Source: an uncultured Verrucomicrobiae bacterium
Lineage (GTDB): Bacteria > Chlamydiota > Chlamydiia > Chlamydiales > JAFEGQ01
Direction: 5' to 3'
Length of the DNA stretch: 64,000 nt
Assembly (NCBI GenBank): GCA_963739345.1
Contig: CAVUAA010000001.1
Coordinates: forward strand, 859,749-923,748
Shown piece by piece: positions 36,348 through 44,598 of the stretch. Every line of letters starts with the position of its first letter. The first letter of the stretch is position 1. The position numbers and the translations under genes were made by a program. The notes under the pieces are model-generated. The model searched no databases. It was not told the DNA's origin and worked only from the letters and a program-made list of their open reading frames with translations.

Positions 36348-37726
36348 TAGGCGCCGAACCACTTGTCGACATTAACTAGACCCGCCTCTTGAAGCATTAC
36401 GAGGATGATGGCGAGGGGGATGAGGTAGCGAATCAGCCAGCGCCAGGGGCGAAAGAGGGCTGGGACGCCGGTCCCCTCGGTAAAGGCAACTTTGACTTGG
36501 TCACGTGGCACTCTCCATCCGACGAAGATACTGGTAAACAGGGCGACGGTGGGGAGGATCCAGGTGCTGACGAGGGTGGACATGGTCTGAAAGTAGGTCA
36601 TGCCATACATCTCAACCCACTGAGGGAAGAGGTAGGGCGTGCCGGAGAGCGCGCAGGGGATACCAAAGAAGAGGATGAGGCCGGCTGAAATGAGAGTAGC
36701 TCTTTTGCGGCTCCAGCTGTAGAGGTCCATGAAGTTGGCGACGAGCACCTCGAGCATGGCCACGGCGGAGGTGAGGGCGGTGAAAACGAAGAGGACGAAG
36801 AAGGCGACAGAGATGAGGAGGGAGGCGGGCACCTGGCCAAAGAGCACAGGTAGAGTTTTAAAGACCAACCCTGATCCACCGCTCGGCTCGAGGCCAAAGG
36901 TAAAGACGATGGGGAAGATCATGAGGATGGCGAGGATGGAGATGATGACGTCGGAGGCGACGACAATCATGGCGGTCTTAGGAATGTCATCGTCAGGACG
37001 GAGATAGCTGCCGTAGGTGATCATGATCCCCTGGCCCAAACTGAGCGTAAACAGTGCAAGACCCAGAGCAACGAGGACACTTGAAGGGGTGAGGCGGCTT
37101 GGATCGGGGTAGAAGACGAAGCGGGCCGCTTCGGAGAAGCCGTCGAGGGTCATACTGTAGAAGAGGAGACCAATCAACAAGATGAGGAGGGAGGTGGTCA
37201 TAATTTTGCTCCACCGCTCAATCCCCTTTTGAATCCCCTGGTAGACCATGGCAGAGGTGATGAGGGTGAAGAGGAACATAAAGAAGAGTGTGATGCTGGG
37301 CGAGTGGGCGAGGATGTCAAAGACATTGCTGATTTGCTCAGGGGTCTTTCCCTCTGCAAAGTTGTTGAGAGAGAGAAGAATATAGTTGAGCCCCCAACCG
37401 GCAATTACCTGATAGTAGGACATGACGAGGAGAGTGCCAAAGACCGCGAGCCAACCAATCAGGCGCCAATTTTTGGATCGGTGAGAGAGGGCATCAAACG
37501 TTCCAACTGCCCCCCTCTGTGAGGCGCGGCCCAAGATGAGCTCACCGATGAAGACGGGAATGCCGATCACAATGGTGAAGCCGAGGTAGATAAGGACAAA
37601 GAGGCCGCCCCCGTTTTCCCCAGTAATGTAGGGAAACATCCAGAGGGTTCCGAGTCCGACCGCCGAGCCAATGGCGGCCATGATGAAACCAAGACGGCTC
37701 GCCCAATGTTCACGTTGATGTTTCAT
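36347..37726 (-). CDS. sodium:neurotransmitter symporter (SNF/NSS) family transporter
   Basis: From Met83 of the track ORF: MKHQREHWASRLGFIMAAIGSAVGLGTLWMFPYITGENGGGLF, the NSS signature N-terminus, followed by ~11-12 TM helices. The upstream 82 codons overlap a better opposite-strand gene and are rejected. Confidence 0.85.
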   Translation of the reverse strand: MKHQREHWASRLGFIMAAIGSAVGLGTLWMFPYITGENGGGLFVLIYLGFTIVIGIPVFIGELILGRASQRGAVGTFDALSHRSKNWRLIGWLAVFGTLLVMSYYQVIAGWGLNYILLSLNNFAEGKTPEQISNVFDILAHSPSITLFFMFLFTLITSAMVYQGIQKGIERWSKIMTTSLLILLIGLLFYSMTLDGFSEAARFVFYPDPSRLTPSSVLVALGLALFTLSLGQGIMITYGSYLRPDDDIPKTAMIVVASDVIISILAILMIFPIVFTFGLEPSGGSGLVFKTLPVLFGQVPASLLISVAFFVLFVFTALTSAVAMLEVLVANFMDLYSWSRKRATLISAGLILFFGIPCALSGTPYLFPQWVEMYGMTYFQTMSTLVSTWILPTVALFTSIFVGWRVPRDQVKVAFTEGTGVPALFRPWRWLIRYLIPLAIILVMLQEAGLVNVDKWFGA

Positions 37727-37772
37727 ATGGTCTACTGCTATCCTCTTTCGAAAAGAAAAAAGGGTAGCTGTA

Positions 37773-38186
37773 GTGAGCAAAGAAAGCAAGCCATTGGCCT
37801 GGTACAGTGGAGGTTTGAATTTCAAGTGCACGGAGTGTGGCAAGTGCTGCACAGGGGGGCCAGGTGCTGTGTGGGTCACACCAGAAGAGATTGCCGCCCT
37901 CGCCGACCGGGTAGGACTCTCCGAAAAGGCGTTTCGGGAGCAGTATACGGAGAAAGAGGGAAACAGGATCACATTGATTGAAAAGCCTGATTCCTATGAT
38001 TGCATTTTTTTGAAGGGCAAGCTTTGCTCCGTCTACGAAACAAGACCTAAGCAGTGCCGCACATTTCCGTGGTGGCCCTCCAATCTCTCTTCGCGCGAAG
38101 AGTGGAATAAAATAGAGTGCGAGGGGATCAACCCGGACGCGCCACTCGTCCCCTTTGAGGAGATCGAACGATGCAAAAACTCTTAG
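37773..38186 (+). CDS. YkgJ-family cysteine-cluster (CxxCxxCC) protein
   Basis: FKCTECGKCCTGGPG plus the downstream CIFL...CSVYETRPKQCRTFPWWP match the UPF0153/YkgJ Fe/Zn-chelating domain pattern. Confidence 0.75.
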   Translation: MSKESKPLAWYSGGLNFKCTECGKCCTGGPGAVWVTPEEIAALADRVGLSEKAFREQYTEKEGNRITLIEKPDSYDCIFLKGKLCSVYETRPKQCRTFPWWPSNLSSREEWNKIECEGINPDAPLVPFEEIERCKNS

Positions 38187-39875
38187 ACGCCACCACTGAA
38201 AAAAATGTGCAGGCGTGGCTGACGGGCGATTACGACGCCGAAACAAAGCAGGCGATTGAGGCGATGTCAACCGACGAATTGACCGACGCGTTCTACCGGC
38301 AGCTTGAGTTTGGAACGGGGGGCCTCCGCGGTCTAATGGGAGTGGGATGCAACCGGGTCAATGTCTATACCATCCGCGCTGCCACCCAGGGGCTTGCCAA
38401 CTACATCCGCAAGACCTCCCAGGGAGAGCCCTCTGTCCTTGTCGCCTACGACTCACGTCACCACTCTCGCACCTTCGCTGAGGAGACCGCCCGCGTGCTG
38501 GCCGCCAACGGAATCAAGGCCTATATCTTCAAAACGCTCCATCCCACTCCTCTCGCCTCCTTTGGCTGCCGCCACCTCCGGTGCGCTGCGGCAGTGATGG
38601 TGACAGCCTCACACAATCCCCCCGCCTACAATGGCTACAAAGTCTACTGGAGTCACGGCGGCCAGGTGCTCCCCCCACACGACCAGGGGATCATCAGCAG
38701 AGGTGACCATGGTCACCTCCCCCGACGATGTGCGCGAGGCGCCTCTCGACGATCCGCTCATCGAATGGATCGGCGAAGAGGTGGATCAGGCCTATCTCAA
38801 CACCATTGCTCACGAAGCGACGCTAAAAGACCAGAACAAGAGCCACGGCCCGCAGCTGCGCGTCGTCTACACCAGCCTTCACGGGACGGGCGAACCACTC
38901 ATTCTCGCCACCCTGCGCGAATGGGGCTTCACTGACCTCCACCCGGTCGAGAAGCAGTGCATCCCCGACGGTGACTTTCCTACCGTCGACAAACCCAACC
39001 CCGAGGAACAGGCGGCGATGAAACTGGGCATGGAGCAGCTGCAAGCTGTTGAGGGGGACATCCTTCTCGGCACCGACCCGGATGCCGATCGCCTAGGCGT
39101 CGGCGTCCGCCACAACGGCGAGGTGACCCTCCTCAACGGCAACCAAATTGCCTCCCTCTGTCTCGATCATCTTCTCACCCACTCCGCCCTCCCCCCCTCA
39201 CCCGCCGCCATCAAGACCATCGTCACTACCGAACTGTTTTCTGCCATTTGCACATCCCACAATGTCACCTGCTGCAACGTCCTCACCGGCTTCAAATACA
39301 TTGGCGAGCTAATGGAGTCGTGGGCGCGGGACGGCGACCACAGCTTTGTTTTTGGGGCCGAGGAGTCCTACGGCTACCTGGTCGGCACCCACGCCCGCGA
39401 CAAAGATGCGATCGTCTCCGCTGCCCTCGTCTGTGAGATCGCCCTCGATGCCAAGCTCAAAGGAGAAACCCTCCTCGACAGACTAGACGCGCTCTACAAA
39501 CAGCACGGCTTCTATCGGGAGGGGCTCCGCTCGCTCACCTTTGAGGGGAAGGCGGGAGCCGAGCGGATGACCTCACTCATGGAAGCACTCCGCGCCACTC
39601 CCCTCACCCACTTTGCAGGCATCGCCATCCGCACGGTCGAAGACTACAAAACCGCCACTGCCACTGACCCTTCCACTGGCAAGACAAGCTCCCTCACCCT
39701 CCCCCGCTCCAACGTCTTACTCTACTGGCTTAAAGATGGCAGCCGCCTCGTCGTCCGCCCCTCAGGAACTGAGCCGAAAATCAAACTCTATGGCGGTGTG
39801 ATGGATAAGGAGCTCTCCACCGCCGACGAGAAGCTCGACGCCCTCCTCACTGACCTCCAAGCACACCTCCAATGA
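38171..39875 (+). pseudogene. alpha-D-phosphohexomutase (phosphoglucomutase/phosphomannomutase family) with a +1 frame break near 38690-38700
   Basis: First frame: ...GTGGLRG...VMVTASHNPPAYNGYKVYWSHGGQVLPPHDQGII (active-site TASHNP). Second frame: AEVTMVTSPDDV...YTSLHGTG...GTDPDADRLGV...GAEESYGYL...RPSGTEPKIKLY. Together they make one colinear ~567-aa enzyme. Confidence 0.85.
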
Positions 39876-41191
39876 TCCCAAGTAACCCCCTTCCCGAACT
39901 CTACGAGTCCCCAGACGAGAAGCGGTTTGTCGCCGAGATGAACCACCACCTCTGGCTCTCACGCACCGCTCAGCAAGTATGCGCTTTCCGTGATCTTCCC
40001 ATGTGGCTGATGGCCGCCAACGCCATTGTCTGGAACGGCAGCGGCGTCCGCCTGCCCGTGATCGGCGGCCCGCAAACTCCGTGGCACTGGGGAGCTTTCC
40101 TCGCCTGTGGCAACCGACTTGGGTGGCTCATCCCCATCGTTTATTTCAATCCGCTTGCCAACCTGTGGAAAGTGGCCGCTGCTGCCACCGCGACCCTCAC
40201 CATCCTCTGGCCAATCGCCGGCATCGCCCATGGCGAGGCGGAGACCTTCTACACGCTGTTTGAGGAGTGGGAAAAGGGGCTTTCCAAGGCTTTAGAAGAT
40301 GAAATATTATCGTGGCAGTACAGTCTGGGTACCCTTAACGTGAAACAACTGTCAACTGTGGTCAAAAGGGCTAAGCACCGACGAAAACTGTTTGCCTTAT
40401 GTCCGTTCAATCTAAAACGCCTCAAATCAGCCTCGCCCAATGCCGCGGTCCTCCAATTAATCCACCTGCTCGATATCGCCTGCGAACTGGATAGAGTCGA
40501 TCAGAAGCTGGTCAATGATGCAATAGAGGAACTCTCCAGTGAAGAGACTCCCAAGACCCTCTCTGACCGCAAGTGGCGATCAGAGACCGCAAAAAGAGAC
40601 GTCAAAAAGCGCAACGAGCTTCTAACGCTCATCAAAGTTAATGAAAATGAGCTCAAAACAATCAATGATAGAATAAAACATTTCCGTATTAAACTAGAAA
40701 AACTACTCAAGAATCCCCCAATACGGAAGAATGGCAAGATACGCGACCCGTGCATGAAGCTCGTGCACGACTCTATACAAGCAACTAAGCGCGTCACTGA
40801 GCTGTTAACCCAAGTGCCCTCTGACGAATACGCCACACTGAACACCGAGTGGAAGGAAATCAAAAAACTCTGGTGGAAAGATGACAATAATCTCTACTCG
40901 TACTGTGACAACGTTTGCCACCTTGAGTGGCCGGGTAGCTCCCTTGACGTCTATGGCGAGAAGTTTGTGCTCGCCCACTGCTTCCAAGACAAGGAAGGCG
41001 GGGCGCTCAGGAGAATGATCAAAGCGCTGAAGTCGGGTAAGCTCAGTCCTCGCGCTTTCTACGACTTGGTGGGTGACCACGTGATGGAGGACGAACCCCA
41101 GAAGAAACCGCAGAAGAGTTCTTGGAAGTATCGTGAGGTCCGCTTTGGCGCGGTTGCGGCGGTGGCCCGATCCAAGATGGTTCCTTCTTGA
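39872..41191 (+). CDS. hypothetical protein with bilobed hydrophobic domain + coiled coil (Inc-like candidate type III secretion substrate)
   Basis: Two closely spaced hydrophobic segments (WGAFLACGNRLGWLIPIVYF ... AAAATATLTILWPIAGIA) are followed by a K/E-rich helical region. The central part (about 40260-40900) is visibly AT-richer. The 3' end overlaps the convergent helicase gene by 149 nt. Confidence 0.5.
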   Translation: MIPSNPLPELYESPDEKRFVAEMNHHLWLSRTAQQVCAFRDLPMWLMAANAIVWNGSGVRLPVIGGPQTPWHWGAFLACGNRLGWLIPIVYFNPLANLWKVAAAATATLTILWPIAGIAHGEAETFYTLFEEWEKGLSKALEDEILSWQYSLGTLNVKQLSTVVKRAKHRRKLFALCPFNLKRLKSASPNAAVLQLIHLLDIACELDRVDQKLVNDAIEELSSEETPKTLSDRKWRSETAKRDVKKRNELLTLIKVNENELKTINDRIKHFRIKLEKLLKNPPIRKNGKIRDPCMKLVHDSIQATKRVTELLTQVPSDEYATLNTEWKEIKKLWWKDDNNLYSYCDNVCHLEWPGSSLDVYGEKFVLAHCFQDKEGGALRRMIKALKSGKLSPRAFYDLVGDHVMEDEPQKKPQKSSWKYREVRFGAVAAVARSKMVPS

Positions 41192-42278
41192 TCCGCGCTG
41201 AGACGCGGTCGAGAAGCTCAAGCTCGCGGGAAGTGATGAGGGTGACAGCTGTCCCCTCACGGCCCGACCGCCCGGTCCGGCCGGAGCGGTGAACATAGGT
41301 ATCGACGTCGCGACCCAGCTGATAGATGAAGACGTGCGTCACTCCCGAAAAATCAAGACCACGCGCAGCGACGTCGGTTGCCACCATGTGGCGAATTTTG
41401 CCACTGCGGAACTTGGCAGTGATGCCTGAGCGGAGAGGCTGTGAGAGGCCGCCGTGGAGAAAGTCAACCTGCTGCAAGCCGCGACGTAACGCCCGGCAAA
41501 CATCTTCGGTTTGATGACGCGACTCACAGAAGATGAGCGATTGCTTAGGGCGCATGTCGTGAATGAGATCGAGCAACACCTTTGGCCGAGCAACAGGGCT
41601 CTTCACAAAGACAAAACGGTGGTCAATCTTGTCCGGGCTCGGCTTCTTCCCCTGGAGGATCATCTCTTCGGGCGACTTCATATAGGCGCCGGCAATCTTC
41701 TTGATCGCCAAGGGCATGGTTGCTGAGAAAAGCAGCGTCTGGTGATCGTGAACTAGACACTGAATGATGAATTCGAGGTCATCGACAAAACCCATGCTCA
41801 GCATCTCATCCGCCTCGTCGAGAATAAGCGTCTCCACATGTGACAAGTCGATCATCCTCCGATGAACTAAATCAATCAAACGCCCCGGCGTGGCGACTAG
41901 AATCTGGACACCCGCGTTGAGCTTGGCCATCTGGATGGTCGCATCATCACCTCCGTAGAGAGCGTACGCTTTAACCCCCTTCCTCTGCCCAATCCGCTGC
42001 GTCTCGGTCGCATACTGGATTGCTAGCTCACGAGTGGGGACCACGATGAGCGCTTGAATCTCTTTCCGATTGGTGTCCACCCGGTTTGAAACAGGAATAG
42101 CACACGCCGCCGTCTTGCCCGAGCCGGTCTCGGCCAACGCAATCAGGTCTTTGCCATCCATGATGAGTGGCATTGTCTTCGCCTGCACTGGGGAGGGCTT
42201 CTCAAAGCCCATTCCGGCCAGCGCGTCTAAAATCTTAGGATCGAGTCCAAAATCAGAAAACTTCATGAACCCATCCAT
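41043..42278 (-). CDS. DEAD-box ATP-dependent RNA helicase (paralog 1)
   Basis: Q-motif GFEKPSPVQ, AETGSGKTAA, PTRELA, DEAD (LDEADEML), SAT, HRSGRTGR. Alignment with paralog 2 suggests the start may be MKFSDFGL (42266). Confidence 0.88.
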   Translation of the reverse strand: MDGFMKFSDFGLDPKILDALAGMGFEKPSPVQAKTMPLIMDGKDLIALAETGSGKTAACAIPVSNRVDTNRKEIQALIVVPTRELAIQYATETQRIGQRKGVKAYALYGGDDATIQMAKLNAGVQILVATPGRLIDLVHRRMIDLSHVETLILDEADEMLSMGFVDDLEFIIQCLVHDHQTLLFSATMPLAIKKIAGAYMKSPEEMILQGKKPSPDKIDHRFVFVKSPVARPKVLLDLIHDMRPKQSLIFCESRHQTEDVCRALRRGLQQVDFLHGGLSQPLRSGITAKFRSGKIRHMVATDVAARGLDFSGVTHVFIYQLGRDVDTYVHRSGRTGRSGREGTAVTLITSRELELLDRVSARIKKEPSWIGPPPQPRQSGPHDTSKNSSAVSSGVRPPSRGHPPSRRKRED

Positions 42279-42462
42279 AACGTGCTGTTGGTTAATTTAT
42301 TGTTGCAGCGCGAGCGCCTGCTGCTGCCGTTTGCGACGGCCAACCTTTGTAGGTTGGTCTCGTGAGCGGCGGCAGCAGGCGATGCGGTGCGACGGTAAAG
42401 GAGTCGGCATGATTTTGTGGATGGGTTCATAGAAAGAGTGTACCGGATCGCCCCCTTTAGGG

Positions 42463-43779
42463 CTACCCACGTCCCCTACCACCCGGTCGGCTGGTCTGAC
42501 GTGCGCCGCCCTTATGAGGAGCGCCCTTGCGACCACCAAACTGTTTTGGCTTGTGACCCCCTGGAGCCCCTGGACGACCCCCTGCACGACCTGGCTTGCG
42601 GGCACCGGGACGACCACGTGCAGGACCATTAGGACGGCTTGGGTTGGCTCTGCGCGCACTTCCTGGAGGAGGCGCCGCGCCAATCCATGACGGCTCGCAC
42701 TGGATCCGCTTGGCTACCTGACCGAGCATCCCAATCTCTTGGTTGGTCACCAAAGTGACCGCTGTCCCCTCGCGCCCCGAGCGACCAGTTCGGCCTGAAC
42801 GGTGAACGTAGGTCTCTACAGTACGTCCCAGCTGATAGATAAAGACGTGAGTAACGCCTGAAAAGTCGAGGCCACGGGCCGCAACGTCAGTCGCTACCAT
42901 GTGGCGGATCTTCCCCTCACGAAACTTAGTCGTGAGCCGGGTACGAACTCGCTGAGAGAGCCCACCATGAAGGAATTCGACGCTGTCCATCTCCGCGCCC
43001 ATAGTTTTGCAAACTTGCTCGGTCTGACGGCGCGACTCACAGAAAATCAAAGATTGATTAGGTCCCATCTCACCGATAAGCCCAAGCAACACCTGAGGGC
43101 GATCGCCAGGACTCGGAACGTAAACAAACTTGTGATCGATCTGATCTGGACTCGGCTTGTCACCCAAGAGATGAAGCTCTTCGGGCGTTCGCATGTACTG
43201 TCCAGCAATATTTTTGATCCCCTTGGGCATCGTCGCTGAAAAAAGTAGTGTCTGATGATCGTGCTGAATAGTATCAAAAATAAAGTTAAGGTCTGGAAGG
43301 AAGCCCATGCTCAACATCTCATCAGCCTCATCAAGGATAACGGTCTTCACATGCTTCAAGTGAACCTTCTTTCGACGAATTAGGTCATTGAGTCGACCAG
43401 GAGTGGCAACTAAAACATGTATTCCGCCCTTTAACCTAGCAATCTGGCGCTGGATGTCAGATCCCCCAAAAACGGCGAGTGTTTTCACCCCTTTAGGTCG
43501 TCCAATCCGTTGAGTCTCATTCGCATACTGAATGGCCAGCTCGCGGGTGGGTACCACCACAACGACTTGTACAGCCTTGTGAGAGACATCCACCATGTGA
43601 CACATGGGGATCGCACAGGCGGCGGTCTTGCCCGAACCGGTCTCGGCCAGTGCAATTAAGTCTTTACCTGCAAGAATTAACGGGAGTGCCCTCTCTTGAA
43701 CTGGTGAGGGTTTTTCATAACCCATCTCATCAAGTGCTTCTAAAATGCTCGGATCTAAATTGAATGATTGAAATGTCAT
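42463..43779 (-). CDS. DEAD-box ATP-dependent RNA helicase (paralog 2) with Arg/Gly/Pro-rich C-terminal tail
   Basis: It has the same motif set as paralog 1 and is colinear along the core. The tail reads ...GRPGARKPGRAGGRPGAPGG...RPGGRGRG. Confidence 0.88.
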   Translation of the reverse strand: MTFQSFNLDPSILEALDEMGYEKPSPVQERALPLILAGKDLIALAETGSGKTAACAIPMCHMVDVSHKAVQVVVVVPTRELAIQYANETQRIGRPKGVKTLAVFGGSDIQRQIARLKGGIHVLVATPGRLNDLIRRKKVHLKHVKTVILDEADEMLSMGFLPDLNFIFDTIQHDHQTLLFSATMPKGIKNIAGQYMRTPEELHLLGDKPSPDQIDHKFVYVPSPGDRPQVLLGLIGEMGPNQSLIFCESRRQTEQVCKTMGAEMDSVEFLHGGLSQRVRTRLTTKFREGKIRHMVATDVAARGLDFSGVTHVFIYQLGRTVETYVHRSGRTGRSGREGTAVTLVTNQEIGMLGQVAKRIQCEPSWIGAAPPPGSARRANPSRPNGPARGRPGARKPGRAGGRPGAPGGHKPKQFGGRKGAPHKGGARQTSRPGGRGRG

Positions 43780-43878
43780 TGGCTCCGTTTGCTGCCTTCC
43801 CCTAACTGATAGGGCGTTGAATTTTGAGCGAGGAGAAGCAGATCGTCTAAAGCAAAGAGAAGCATGGAGTAATCTGAT

Positions 43879-44598
43879 TCATAATCGGCTTTCAATATTA
43901 TCACGGAGCTTCTTAGAAAGAAAGCTTTTAGGTAAAAAATGGCGAAAAAAGAGCGCCAACCGATAGGGCCAATGAAAAACTGATAGGTTGTTTTTCCTTT
44001 GAATCTGCTTCCAAATGTGGCGGGCTGCCTCGTCTGCCTCCATCACCCCAAAGCCAGAAATTTGGTATCGTCCTTCTGAGGCGCGTGACTGAAAATTGGT
44101 CTTCACCATCCCCGGACAGGCGGTGAGGACTCGAATGCTCTGGGAGCGAAGCTCCTCATCCAGCGCCTGGGAGAAGCTGTTTACACACGCCTTTGCCCCA
44201 GCATAGACGGCGAATAGGGGAAAGACAAAGAAAGCGGCGGCCGAAGAGACATTCAGGACGGTGCCGTGACGGCCCGCCTCTCGCCACGCCTTGGCCGCCT
44301 CGACGGTCAACTGGTAGACCGCCTTCACATCCACCTCGAACACCTTAAGCTGCGCAAGCGTATCCAGGTCAACTGCCGCGCCATAGAGTCCAAAGCCCGC
44401 CGCATTGACCACCACGTGAGGAAGCTCCTTGCGGATCACGGCGACCACGGCGTCGCGCCCTTCTGGGGTCGCCAAATCCGCCTGCACGGTCGCACCGGCG
44501 CTCCGCCCCACCCCGATCACCTCGTGCCCTTCGGCGGTAACCAGCTTAGCGAGCGCCGCCCCAATTCCGGAGGTTGCGCCGGTGATCAAGATTTTCAC
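43879..44598 (-). CDS. short-chain dehydrogenase/reductase (SDR)
   Basis: MKILITGATSGIGAAL (TGxxxGxG), NAAG, and the YAGAK catalytic YxxxK. Confidence 0.8.
   Translation of the reverse strand: MKILITGATSGIGAALAKLVTAEGHEVIGVGRSAGATVQADLATPEGRDAVVAVIRKELPHVVVNAAGFGLYGAAVDLDTLAQLKVFEVDVKAVYQLTVEAAKAWREAGRHGTVLNVSSAAAFFVFPLFAVYAGAKACVNSFSQALDEELRSQSIRVLTACPGMVKTNFQSRASEGRYQISGFGVMEADEAARHIWKQIQRKNNLSVFHWPYRLALFFRHFLPKSFLSKKLRDNIESRL

Noticed and set aside
37727-38270. The N-terminal 82-codon extension of the NSS transporter ORF and the 186-aa minus-strand ORF 37710-38270
   Set aside because: They overlap the YkgJ-family gene, which has clear CxxCxxCC motifs on the plus strand. The NSS signature begins right after the internal Met at 37726.
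40805-41296. 163-aa minus-strand ORF spanning the end of the Inc-like gene and the helicase tail
   Set aside because: It is an alternative frame of the helicase 3' region with Arg/Ser/Pro-rich composition. The helicase frame is continuous with conserved motifs.
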